DNA from: a phage
Reading direction: 5' to 3' (one strand)
NCBI GenBank assembly: GCA_011911785.1
Contig: GCA_011911785.1_4084.1
Length of the DNA: 64,000 bases
A program made the translations under genes and the position numbers. The notes below the pieces were generated by a model, which saw nothing but the letters and a program-made list of their open reading frames with translations, did no database searches and was not told the origin of the DNA. Position 1 is the stretch's first letter, and every line of letters begins with the position of its first letter. Positions 53,606 to 61,903 of the stretch are shown one piece after another.

Positions 53606-53791
53606 ATGAATCATATAAGCTACTATTACCAAAAACTATCCGACAGAGACAAGTACAGCCACAACTCCCATGTGTGGTACTACAAACGCGGCAGTATAAG
53701 AGACAAACAACATTACTTCTGTACTGCTATAAAAGAAACACTAACAACTAAGTACACGTACAGAGCAGTACTTAAACTTATTGAAATGTAG
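53606..53791 (+). CDS. small paralog-array protein
   Basis: Family-like termini. Confidence 0.5.
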   Translation: MNHISYYYQKLSDRDKYSHNSHVWYYKRGSIRDKQHYFCTAIKETLTTKYTYRAVLKLIEM

Positions 53792-53799
53792 AGAATACA

Positions 53800-53979
53800 A
53801 TGCTAGAATACTACCTAAGCGTAATTTACCCAGAAGATAGATACGGCTTCAATTACTTCTCAATGAGCTATCATTGTAGTTCGCAAAGAAAACAAAGAAA
53901 ATTACTCCTGAATTGTACTAAATTGGCACAGGACGAAATGTTCACATATAATGAAGTACTGAAACTAATCTCTATATAA
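53800..53979 (+). CDS. small paralog-array protein (MLEYY...), 59 aa
   Basis: Below ORF-track cutoff; ATG 9 nt after previous stop. Confidence 0.4.
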   Translation: MLEYYLSVIYPEDRYGFNYFSMSYHCSSQRKQRKLLLNCTKLAQDEMFTYNEVLKLISI

Positions 53980-53989
53980 GGAATAAACT

Positions 53990-54169
53990 ATGCTAGAGTA
54001 CTACACCGATAATCTCAGTACTAAGGATCGTTTCATGTACGACACCTTCGTGAAGTACTACAACATAGGAACAAAAAGTACTAAAACTATTAATCTCAAT
54101 AGCTGCATTCATCACGTCCTGACAAAAAATAACCCATACAGAGAAATAATCTCGCTTGTAACAGTATAA
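53990..54169 (+). CDS. small paralog-array protein (MLEYY...), 59 aa
   Basis: Below ORF-track cutoff; paralog of previous. Confidence 0.4.
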   Translation: MLEYYTDNLSTKDRFMYDTFVKYYNIGTKSTKTINLNSCIHHVLTKNNPYREIISLVTV

Positions 54170-54197
54170 GCAGTATAAGCAATTTAAGGAGACTAAA

Positions 54198-54869
54198 ATG
54201 AAACTCAATCCACAAAGCAAACGATACCTACAGCACTTTAAGTACCTACAATCAATCCAGGCTGAATCTACCACTAATGCATATACTTATCATCCTAATG
54301 TACTAAAGAACCTAAAGAAAAGTAAAAAAACCAGTACAAATGGAGTTAACGTATCAAAGAACCTTGAATTGTACATGAAGAAAAATAATATAGCTGTTCA
54401 TTATATGAATATCTATAATACTGATTTAAAAGTATTGAGTACTAATACGAGCATGAAGGTACTAAAGAACGCATCCTTCATCATCCATATGCAGTTGGAT
54501 AATACCCCGTGCACTTTAATGCTATACTTCGGGAATACATACTTCTTCGGGAATTGTAACACCTCCCACGATGTCAATACAGCACAATTCCAAATGGGTG
54601 GCATATACAGTATGGGTTCAGAAGAAATACACGATAACATGCATTTCTTCCAACAGCAACGTACAGAAGAAACTAAATCAATTGTAGAATTCCTCAAAGA
54701 ACTACAAGGCAAAGAATTATCAGAAGAAGAACTATTCATGTACAGTACTGTAATCGATAATCCTGTACTGTACAAAAACGCGTACAATCTTACAAAACAT
54801 GTACAGGAACTTATCAGTACTAATAAGAAAATTCATCACCTCATTACATATATTACAAACTATGCATAA
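54198..54869 (+). CDS. hypothetical 223-aa protein embedded in the small-gene array
   Basis: ATG after AAGGAGACTAAA. Confidence 0.55.
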   Translation: MKLNPQSKRYLQHFKYLQSIQAESTTNAYTYHPNVLKNLKKSKKTSTNGVNVSKNLELYMKKNNIAVHYMNIYNTDLKVLSTNTSMKVLKNASFIIHMQLDNTPCTLMLYFGNTYFFGNCNTSHDVNTAQFQMGGIYSMGSEEIHDNMHFFQQQRTEETKSIVEFLKELQGKELSEEELFMYSTVIDNPVLYKNAYNLTKHVQELISTNKKIHHLITYITNYA

Positions 54870-55044
54870 AGAATACTACGTAAGTAAACTTACAATAGAT
54901 CTCCAAAAACTTATTCCCCAAAAACCTGTAGATTTCAAAGATAAAAGCCAAACTATATTCTACCGATATCAAACAGAATCTGCAATAAATGAAGATGATA
55001 TCTATAACCTGTACAATGTACTAACACTTATATACAGGTACTAA
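54862..55044 (+). CDS. small paralog-array protein (MHKEYY...LIYRY)
   Basis: Internal ATG; conserved N- and C-terminal motifs. Confidence 0.6.
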   Translation: MHKEYYVSKLTIDLQKLIPQKPVDFKDKSQTIFYRYQTESAINEDDIYNLYNVLTLIYRY

Positions 55045-55045
55045 T

Positions 55046-55234
55046 ATGCACAAAGAATACTACACAAAATATTTCCCAATGTACCTCAGAACTAATCTAT
55101 TAGATAAACCTCGCGGTATCAATGCACAAAACGATAAAAAGTACTTTACTATGTGCACTAAAGCATGTATACAAGATTATGATAGCTATCATCGAGTACT
55201 GTACCACACCCTGTACCTCGCATTCGTGTACTAA
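55046..55234 (+). CDS. small paralog-array protein (MHKEYY...LAFVY)
   Basis: Starts 2 nt after stop. Confidence 0.6.
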   Translation: MHKEYYTKYFPMYLRTNLLDKPRGINAQNDKKYFTMCTKACIQDYDSYHRVLYHTLYLAFVY

Positions 55235-55243
55235 GGAAATCAT

Positions 55244-55444
55244 ATGCATAAAGAACACTACATAAAAGAACTACCAAAGTTTCTACAAGGCAATCTATTA
55301 GATGATGAACCTCGCGACATTAACTGTATATACGAAGCTGATTACTTCCGTACATGTACTGAACAAGTACTTAATGAAGAAGTTAATGAAAACAATTCTC
55401 AAGTGCAACTGTACCACACTCTGTATCTCGCGTTCCAGTACTAA
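55244..55444 (+). CDS. small paralog-array protein (MHKEHY...LAFQY)
   Basis: Conserved termini. Confidence 0.6.
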   Translation: MHKEHYIKELPKFLQGNLLDDEPRDINCIYEADYFRTCTEQVLNEEVNENNSQVQLYHTLYLAFQY

Positions 55445-55452
55445 GGACTAAT

Positions 55453-55635
55453 ATGTATAAAGAATTTTATAAAGATCATCTCCCAATGCATCTCCAACAC
55501 CATGTGCCAACAAAACCATTGGGCATAAAAGATCATGCAAAAATAATGTTCCAACAATGTACTAAGTACACCCTAATATACGATGACAATCCATATATGC
55601 TGTACTACATAACAATGCTAATATTCAGGTACTAA
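55453..55635 (+). CDS. small paralog-array protein (MYKEFY...LIFRY)
   Basis: Conserved termini. Confidence 0.6.
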   Translation: MYKEFYKDHLPMHLQHHVPTKPLGIKDHAKIMFQQCTKYTLIYDDNPYMLYYITMLIFRY

Positions 55636-55637
55636 TC

Positions 55638-55838
55638 ATGTATAAAGAATACTATATGAGTAAACTATCAAGCACCGAAAGAATCTGGTGCGGAGCCGCC
55701 GCCCCCGTTAATCCAAAAAGTGCATACGCAAAAATGTGCTTTAGGAAAGCTACAACGAACTCAATTGAAGCTCTAGAACAAGATGACACTAAAGCACTAT
55801 ACTCTAACCTAATGTTGCTAGTATATATCTATGGATAA
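55638..55838 (+). CDS. small paralog-array protein (MYKEYY...)
   Basis: Conserved termini. Confidence 0.6.
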   Translation: MYKEYYMSKLSSTERIWCGAAAPVNPKSAYAKMCFRKATTNSIEALEQDDTKALYSNLMLLVYIYG

Positions 55839-56022
55839 TTATAAAGAATACTATAAACAATTTGTTAAAGAGAACTACAAAGATGCCGTCCCCGTAATCC
55901 CTTTAAATTCCCATGACCCAAGTTCTATATTCTTGTTTAAGGACGCAATACGTACAGTACTCAATACTAAAGATGAACAGGTGCAGTACGTATTCTTACT
56001 ATTACTTATATACAGACACTAA
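55831..56022 (+). CDS. small paralog-array protein (YKEYY...LIYRH)
   Basis: Conserved termini. Confidence 0.6.
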   Translation: MDNYKEYYKQFVKENYKDAVPVIPLNSHDPSSIFLFKDAIRTVLNTKDEQVQYVFLLLLIYRH

Positions 56023-56023
56023 T

Positions 56024-56221
56024 ATGAATGACCATAAAGAATTCTATATAAGTAAACTCAAAGAGAATGAACAAGTATGGATTAACGCTCTAATCCCTCT
56101 ACCAATGACTCGATATGAATTTAATAAATGTACTAATATAGCAATAGACCCTTCTCCTGTTCTAGAGAATGTACAGTACAATCAGTACTACTATATCTTA
56201 ATGCTTATATATAGGAAGTAA
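56024..56221 (+). CDS. small paralog-array protein (HKEFY...LIYRK)
   Basis: Internal ATG 2 nt after previous stop. Confidence 0.6.
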   Translation: MNDHKEFYISKLKENEQVWINALIPLPMTRYEFNKCTNIAIDPSPVLENVQYNQYYYILMLIYRK

Positions 56222-56851
56222 TTAAACACATATAGCTAGGGGAAGCTCCGTAGTGCAAGCATTATACAGGCTTTAACATATGTTGCATATGTTAAAATTC
56301 AGCCTGGACAAATGCGATCACTAGGATTCTCCCCAGGCTAAACCCCGTAATCATAGGTAGTCATAAGTAATCATATATAAACATTTAAGTAATCATTTAT
56401 AATCATTGCAGTGAAGAGTATTGAGTACTGTTTCCCCTATATGATTCAGTACTGATATCCCACTAAGTAGGCAAATGAAGTCGCCCAAAATTTACATAAT
56501 TTTACAGTACTGAACAATTGCAAAACAAATCATTTCCAATCAAAAGTAATCACGGAATGACCAGTACTGAAAACTCCCAATCACCTATTCAAAAAAGTTC
56601 AATTTACCCTTTGTCAAAAATCCCGAATACCCATTGGGGAAAATTCCGAATACCCCTTGAGGCTCCAGCAAAAAGTTGGTTAGTACTCCATTGTAAATCT
56701 GGATCGTAAAAATTTTGGAGTACCTATGAAATAAAAGTTGGATCTTCGAAAGTTGAAATTTACATTGGGACATATAGGATTAGTGGGATATAATGAGTTT
56801 TGAAGAGATACAGAAGATATGTTTTCAGTACTGAATAATGAAAGAAATCTA

Positions 56852-56879
56852 TTGACATTATGATTCAGTACTGTATAAT
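56852..56879 (+). promoter_or_regulatory. orphan sigma70-type promoter (TTGACA-16-TATAAT) in non-coding hub
   Basis: Consensus hexamers with no ORF downstream. Confidence 0.45.
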
Positions 56880-57280
56880 GTTCTACATAGAGTGATGGAT
56901 TGCCGCAAACAATTCAGAGCCTTAACCCTCCTGTCGTGAGACAGTACAGAAGAGATTGAATCCTCCTATGCAGTGGTTCATCTTTGACAACCTCTTTTTT
57001 CGTAATATAAACAGTACTGTTATTAACAGAATGGTAGCAGTACTGATATTAATCTAATATAATGTTACCATGCAATGTGGTGAATTTCCCTTAACAGTAT
57101 TCAGTACTACATGATAGTCTTCATCCTCCTAGGGTAACATAGTGAGGGCTATTGTGGCAGTACTGAATACTCCTTTCACAAGATAGATCTATGGTATAGT
57201 ACTGACGGATTTTGGGCGTAGTAACCCTGGGTGGATTTTGGACGTAGAGATGCCTAGCCCTCCAGAAGTCTGGAAGTAAA

Positions 57281-57408
57281 GATGGCTATCCCTCTAGACG
57301 GCTGGATGGCTAGATTTCTAGATGGCTGTACTGCTAGACGTTTGGACGGCTAAACGGCTAAACGGCTAAACGGCTAGATGGTTAAACGTCTGGATGTATA
57401 GACGGCTA
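57281..57408. repeat. tandem array of ~16 copies of an 8-bp unit (consensus GAYGGCTA)
   Basis: Direct reading: gatggcta, gacggctg, gatggcta, gacggcta, aacggcta x3, gatggtta, gacggcta etc. in strict 8-bp register. Confidence 0.85.
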
Positions 57409-57573
57409 AATCAAAATTTTTATTTTGTTTTTTCCAATAGTTCCCCTACCGCGTGGGGATGGTTTCCCCGCAGTATCTGGAGTTAGATTTTTCTGAATCT
57501 GGAATCATTATCTAATAAACTGGGGGCAATGTCAACCGCCTGGATGAATATTTTTAAAAATAATCTAGTACTG

Positions 57574-57650
57574 AATTTTGGGCGTAACTATGCACCCGGT
57601 GGGCTAGAGTCTTTCTCGACTTGATGAAATAATTATAGCAGTACTGAATG
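57574..57650 (+). repeat. repeat element B copy (ttttgggcgta...gcacccggtgggctagag...taattata)
   Basis: Shares ~50-bp core with copies at 57786, 59660, 61176. Confidence 0.5.
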
Positions 57651-57785
57651 ATAAAAGCAATAGCCTAAGTGTAAAAAGTTTTAATTAATTTGCTTGCCAT
57701 CCTGGGGCGTACTATGGTACTATGATTCAGTACTGAGAAAGTGCTTTTACCTGCTAGGGTGCGGGAGTGTATCCTTTTTAAATTT

Positions 57786-57860
57786 ACTGAATTTTGGGCG
57801 TAGTTCCGCACCCCCTGGGGTATCCGCTTTCTCGCGTCTATGTAGTAATTATACGCTTTT
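57786..57860 (+). repeat. repeat element B copy
   Basis: ttttgggcgtagttccgcaccccctggggtatccgctttctcgcgtctatgtagtaattatac. Confidence 0.5.
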
Positions 57861-58078
57861 TTAGTACTGAGTCAATAGCTAAAAACAAAATAATTGAAAA
57901 TAATTTAACGCGTTTAAATGGCCCGTAAAGCCCTGGATTGTTGGGAGTGGTGCAAATGTATAGCTTAGGTGTATTAATGCGTTAGAATGCGTATGAGGCC
58001 GTTTTAAGGGTATAGTACTGAATAATAGTACTCCTATATAGAAAGAAAACTATTTTAAAAAGTATTTGTAGAAAGTAC

Positions 58079-58106
58079 TTGCAAAGTATTGGGAAAGGTG
58101 TAGAAT
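58079..58106 (+). promoter_or_regulatory. early-type promoter (aaaagtacTTGCAA-16-TAGAAT-gttttacatc)
   Basis: First of >=12 near-identical promoter units in block C. Confidence 0.6.
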
Positions 58107-58120
58107 GTTTTACATCGAGA

Positions 58121-58137
58121 GCGGGAACACTTCCCGC
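58121..58137 (+). promoter_or_regulatory. 5' leader hairpin (GCGGGAA-CAC-TTCCCGC)
   Basis: Inverted repeat between -10 and SD. Confidence 0.55.
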
Positions 58138-58161
58138 TACACTTTAAGAGAGATTAAAACG

Positions 58162-58524
58162 ATGGCTACTCAAATCAATAAAATTATTGCTAACCTGGTT
58201 AACTTCCGCGAAGAGATGAAAGGTCTTCCGGCTGAAACTGTAAAGATTCACATTTCAGCTTATCGGGAATTGATTGCGATGTTACCGCTTAAGCGTGAAC
58301 AATACGCCGCTACCGTGATGCTTGATGCGATGATCCACAAGATGATTGCCAGTGATTTAACGATGGCTTATCAGTACATGGGCGAAATGTTTGCGGTGTA
58401 TAGTAAACCAGTACCAGGGATGGAAAGTACCGAAGTATTGCACGGTTTAAACTTAAAACAAGATGCATGGGATAATATGCCTCGTTTCCTGGTATGGGCT
58501 GACAGTGGCAAGATTTACGAATAA
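58162..58524 (+). CDS. hypothetical protein
   Basis: ATG downstream of leader hairpin; track start 58105 lies in the -10. Confidence 0.6.
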   Translation: MATQINKIIANLVNFREEMKGLPAETVKIHISAYRELIAMLPLKREQYAATVMLDAMIHKMIASDLTMAYQYMGEMFAVYSKPVPGMESTEVLHGLNLKQDAWDNMPRFLVWADSGKIYE

Positions 58525-58538
58525 GTTTTAAAAAGTAC

Positions 58539-58566
58539 TTGCAAACTAAGTTTAAAAGCGTATAAT
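58539..58566 (+). promoter_or_regulatory. early-type promoter (TTGCAA-16-TATAAT)
   Basis: Repeated promoter unit. Confidence 0.6.
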
Positions 58567-58578
58567 ACTTTCTATCAG

Positions 58579-58597
58579 GTGGGGAATAGTTCCCCAC
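58579..58597 (+). promoter_or_regulatory. 5' leader hairpin (GTGGGGAA-TAG-TTCCCCAC)
   Basis: Perfect 8-bp inverted repeat. Confidence 0.6.
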
Positions 58598-58618
58598 TAC
58601 AAATAAGAGAATTTAAAA

Positions 58619-58858
58619 ATGGCTACTACTAAAACTTTCAACGGTCACAAAAACAAAACTCAATGGAATGTAAGCCTTTGGATTAATAACGATGAGTCAT
58701 TGTATCGTCTGGCGAAAGAATTTATCGACGCTAATACTAATCGTAATGATGCGGCCCGTCATATGATGCTATTTTTAGAACAAATTGGACAAGATAAAAC
58801 ACCGGACGGATTCAAGTATAGCACTACTGCGATCCGTGCTGCAATGGTTGGCATGTAA
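58619..58858 (+). CDS. hypothetical protein
   Basis: ATG after AAGAGAATTTAAAA. Confidence 0.6.
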   Translation: MATTKTFNGHKNKTQWNVSLWINNDESLYRLAKEFIDANTNRNDAARHMMLFLEQIGQDKTPDGFKYSTTAIRAAMVGM

Positions 58859-58939
58859 GAGAATAGATTAAAAGTACTATTGCACGGTGATAGTACTTTA
58901 TAATAGATTTCTTTTATACATCAACGATGGGGTAACAGC

Positions 58940-59206
58940 ATGAATATTATATACTTTGCAACGCGTGAACTAGCTCGGATTGCAGCACGCCAGGACGGGG
59001 CGACGTTTAAAGATATGGGTGTACAATCGGAACGTGGTAAACGTTGGGCCGTAGTAAAGCAAAGTACAGCCCGATCAATTCAGTACTGGTTAGCGGCGTT
59101 AAAAAGTCCTGATAGTGTATCGCGTCGAGTAGTAGAAATAAAGCACGACCGCAAGGGCAACCGTGTTACTGTGTACAGTACTAAAAAGATTGCAGTACTT
59201 GAATAA
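58940..59206 (+). CDS. hypothetical basic protein
   Basis: ATG after GGGGTAACAGC. Confidence 0.55.
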   Translation: MNIIYFATRELARIAARQDGATFKDMGVQSERGKRWAVVKQSTARSIQYWLAALKSPDSVSRRVVEIKHDRKGNRVTVYSTKKIAVLE

Positions 59207-59212
59207 AAGTAC

Positions 59213-59240
59213 TTGCATACTAAGTTTAAAAGCGTATAAT
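59213..59240 (+). promoter_or_regulatory. early-type promoter (TTGCAT-16-TATAAT)
   Basis: Repeated promoter unit. Confidence 0.6.
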
Positions 59241-59252
59241 ACTTTATATCAG

Positions 59253-59271
59253 GTGGGGAATACTTCCCCAC
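59253..59271 (+). promoter_or_regulatory. 5' leader hairpin (GTGGGGAA-TAC-TTCCCCAC)
   Basis: Inverted repeat; loop differs from the 58579 copy. Confidence 0.6.
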
Positions 59272-59292
59272 TACAATGAAGAGGATTTTAAA

Positions 59293-59523
59293 ATGGCTAT
59301 CATGTATATGACCGAAGTTAAAACCGTAAAAGATACTACCACTAATAAAACTACTTACTTACAGCGGGTATGCGGTGTATGGCAACGTATTAGTAAAGCA
59401 AAGTACTTTAAATTAACATCATATGCTAATCGTTCGGATTCATTCAGTACTGAAATAAAAGGTAATAAATTACACCAATACGGCACTTATTATTATTATA
59501 GCCTGGACGCGATTGCAGTCTAA
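59293..59523 (+). CDS. hypothetical protein
   Basis: ATG after AAGAGGATTTTAAA. Confidence 0.6.
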   Translation: MAIMYMTEVKTVKDTTTNKTTYLQRVCGVWQRISKAKYFKLTSYANRSDSFSTEIKGNKLHQYGTYYYYSLDAIAV

Positions 59524-59659
59524 GCAGTTTACAAATCTTTACAATTGCCGGTATTGACTTATTTTGTCAGTACTGGCATAATGTATCTATTGAAACGAAC
59601 AATTTGGCCCACGGGGTGCGGGAGTGTATCTATAGAAAAAGTAGTTTAGTACAGTTACA

Positions 59660-59710
59660 ATTGTGCACCCGGTGGGTTAGCTGTTGTCATGGGGTATATT
59701 ATACCAGTAC
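59660..59710 (+). repeat. repeat element B copy (partial)
   Basis: gtgcacccggtgggttagctgttgtcatggggtatattatac. Confidence 0.4.
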
Positions 59711-59772
59711 TTGATAATGCTGTCAATACTTTTTTTTACTATTCAGTACTGAAAACTATTTTTAAAAAGTAC

Positions 59773-59800
59773 TTGCAAACTATGTTTAAAGGCGTATAAT
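59773..59800 (+). promoter_or_regulatory. early-type promoter with leader hairpin but no ORF (degenerate duplicate of the next unit)
   Basis: TTGCAA-16-TATAAT, hairpin 59814-59841, then ccaggagtaaggcatacg where the next unit has ccaggagtaagcatcATG. Confidence 0.5.
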
Positions 59801-59890
59801 GTTTTACATCAGGACGGGGAACGAAATAAGTAACTCCCCGTTAAGTAGCCCAGGAGTAAGGCATACGAAAAACTCCCCTGATAAAATAGT

Positions 59891-59918
59891 TTGACAATTG
59901 TTTTTAAAAGCGTATAAT
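59891..59918 (+). promoter_or_regulatory. early-type promoter (TTGACA-16-TATAAT)
   Basis: Repeated unit; leader hairpin 59931-59953. Confidence 0.6.
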
Positions 59919-59973
59919 ACTTTACATCGAGGCGGGGGAATGATTCTCCCGCCTATAACCAGGAGTAAGCATC

Positions 59974-60207
59974 ATGATCGAACAAATCAAAACTACTACA
60001 AGCCGGACTGGAACGAAAGTACATTGCATCGCTGATAACGAAAAAGGCGTACCCTATTGTGCTGTACACGTAAACACAGATGGCGACTATTGGTTAACTG
60101 TATATGGGAGTTATTCGTTTGCTCGACCTGCTCATAGTAAGATCCTGGACGTAGTGAAGCCTACCGGAAAGGATATCACGGTAGAAAAATATTTTACTAA
60201 GCACTAA
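59974..60207 (+). CDS. hypothetical protein
   Basis: ATG after CCAGGAGTAAGCATC. Confidence 0.6.
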   Translation: MIEQIKTTTSRTGTKVHCIADNEKGVPYCAVHVNTDGDYWLTVYGSYSFARPAHSKILDVVKPTGKDITVEKYFTKH

Positions 60208-60214
60208 AAAGTAC

Positions 60215-60242
60215 TTGCATACTAAGTTTAAACGAGTATAAT
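60215..60242 (+). promoter_or_regulatory. early-type promoter (TTGCAT-16-TATAAT)
   Basis: Repeated unit; leader hairpin ~60256-60276. Confidence 0.6.
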
Positions 60243-60295
60243 ACTTTATATCGAGGCGGGGGAATGGTTCCCCTGCATTTACAGAGGATTATCTA

Positions 60296-60583
60296 ATGAG
60301 CAAAGTAATTGACTATAAAGTGTTAACCAAATCATTTTCTATCAGCCAGTGCACCGATGGTTATTGGCTTTATGATGAAACACGCGGCATGAATTTAGCT
60401 ATGCGGGAGAAAACTGCTGAGGCGGCGTATGTGCAAGCCCTGGAATACTACCAGAAACGTTTAAAGGAAGTAGAAGAGGATTATAAAAGCCTCAAAGAGA
60501 AAGTAGATAATTTCGTCGGTCAATTCGTTGACGATGACGAGGAAGACGGGTACTACTGCAACCGCTGCGGATCTTACAATTAA
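60296..60583 (+). CDS. hypothetical protein with C-terminal CNRCG motif
   Basis: ATG after AGAGGATTATCTA. Confidence 0.6.
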   Translation: MSKVIDYKVLTKSFSISQCTDGYWLYDETRGMNLAMREKTAEAAYVQALEYYQKRLKEVEEDYKSLKEKVDNFVGQFVDDDEEDGYYCNRCGSYN

Positions 60584-60600
60584 GTACTGAGGATTATCTA

Positions 60601-60804
60601 ATGAGTGATTTAATCGACCGTATCAAAGAGCTTGAAGAAAAAGAATTGCAGTTAATCGGCTTACAAAATAAAATCTTTCATGATTTGGGGAGTTTTATCA
60701 ATGCCTGGGATAGTGGCGATCCTGCTGCGTTACCTGCTAACCGCGAGGCGATGATCAATGATGTGCGTGGTGTCTTTGAGTATGTTTTAAAGCAATTAAA
60801 TTAA
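60601..60804 (+). CDS. hypothetical protein
   Basis: ATG after GAGGATTATCTA (duplicate of upstream RBS); co-transcribed. Confidence 0.6.
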   Translation: MSDLIDRIKELEEKELQLIGLQNKIFHDLGSFINAWDSGDPAALPANREAMINDVRGVFEYVLKQLN

Positions 60805-60812
60805 AAAAGTAC

Positions 60813-60840
60813 TTGCAATTAGTTTTCAGTACTGTATAAT
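60813..60840 (+). promoter_or_regulatory. early-type promoter (TTGCAA-16-TATAAT)
   Basis: Repeated unit; leader hairpin 60853-60871 (GGGGAGA/TCTCCC). Confidence 0.6.
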
Positions 60841-60890
60841 AGTTTACATCAAGGGGAGAAATGGTTCTCCCTGGTAATGAGGAAAATAAA

Positions 60891-61112
60891 ATGGCTAATA
60901 TCACTACTCTTTCCCAACTTGAAGCACTGGTTAAATCTATGCGGGAACATGCCGACAATATCGGCGTAAAAGATCCAGCCGTTTGCTTCTGCGACGAATT
61001 GAATGATGATACATTGGTAATAGCAGAAGTCCAGGACGTTTCTAACTATTCATCGCGTTACACTGGCGGCGTAGCAAATAAAGGTGACTTCTGTTTATAC
61101 CTTACAAAATAA
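60891..61112 (+). CDS. hypothetical protein
   Basis: Internal ATG after GAGGAAAATAAA; track start is inside the leader hairpin. Confidence 0.6.
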   Translation: MANITTLSQLEALVKSMREHADNIGVKDPAVCFCDELNDDTLVIAEVQDVSNYSSRYTGGVANKGDFCLYLTK

Positions 61113-61117
61113 CAACG

Positions 61118-61147
61118 AGGGGATCAATTGATCCCCTTTCTTTTTTC
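61118..61147 (+). terminator. intrinsic terminator (GGGGATCAATTGATCCCC plus T-run)
   Basis: Perfect palindromic stem followed by T-run. Confidence 0.75.
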
Positions 61148-61175
61148 AGTACTGAATCATTTAATAGACGGATCT

Positions 61176-61235
61176 ATGCACCCGGTGGGTTAGAGACTGT
61201 TTCGTCTTTATGTAGTAATTATACAGTACTGGATG
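61176..61235 (+). repeat. repeat element B copy
   Basis: tatgcacccggtgggttagagactgtttcgtctttatgtagtaattatac. Confidence 0.5.
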
Positions 61236-61357
61236 CAGTTGTCAAGAACTATTTTTCAAATACTTTTATATTAATGTACTATACAATAGTTTTTAAACGC
61301 GTATAATGTTTTACATCTAGTCGGGAATACTCCCTAGTACTAACAAAGGATATACAA

Positions 61358-61657
61358 ATGAAAACTGCAATCATCGCCCTGGCTTTATCTGTTTCCTCTT
61401 TCGCTGTTAATGCGTCGTTAGATGTACCTGGTGATAAATTCATTCAGTGCACCGTAGCAATGACCGATGAAAGTACTGGCGAGATTGTTTTAAAGGATCT
61501 GGAATTACAGCCAGAAGCATTTAAAAACGGGCCGTTCCATGAAGAAGACGAAAACGGTAGCACAACAATTTATTATGATGCAAAGAAAAAACGCGGTTCG
61601 GTCACTGTTATGGATACTGAGAAAGTAACGCATACAGGCGTTATTAACTGCCTATAA
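61358..61657 (+). CDS. secreted small protein (signal peptide)
   Basis: MKTAIIALALSVSSFAVNA signal peptide; ATG after AAAGGATATACAA. Confidence 0.6.
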   Translation: MKTAIIALALSVSSFAVNASLDVPGDKFIQCTVAMTDESTGEIVLKDLELQPEAFKNGPFHEEDENGSTTIYYDAKKKRGSVTVMDTEKVTHTGVINCL

Positions 61658-61677
61658 TACATCAGTACTGAATCACT

Positions 61678-61705
61678 AGCCCACTATAAGCAGTGGGCTT
61701 TTTTG
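61678..61705 (+). terminator. intrinsic terminator (AGCCCACT...AGTGGGCT plus T-run)
   Basis: Hairpin plus T6; near-duplicate of terminator at 62408. Confidence 0.7.
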
Positions 61706-61752
61706 TAGTATCGTAGTACTGGAATACTTTGAAAATAGTTTTAAAAAAGTAG

Positions 61753-61780
61753 TTGACATTACCGCAAAAAGGCGTAGAAT
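61753..61780 (+). promoter_or_regulatory. early-type promoter (TTGACA-16-TAGAAT) with ~120-nt leader
   Basis: Hexamers; leader shares motifs with the orphan unit at 59773. Confidence 0.55.
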
Positions 61781-61903
61781 GTATTACATCAAGACGGGGA
61801 ACACTAAGTAGACCGCCAGTAAGTCGAACGAAAAACTGGACACGTCGAGAAAACTTTGATACACTAACTAACGTAAACTAAACTTTAATTGAGGAATTAC
61901 ATA

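Noticed and set aside
57281-57408. CRISPR array as an explanation for the 8-bp tandem repeats or the repeated promoter cassettes
   Set aside because: Units are contiguous 8-bp repeats without spacers, and the cassettes are 90-500 bp apart with genes between them; neither fits repeat-spacer architecture.
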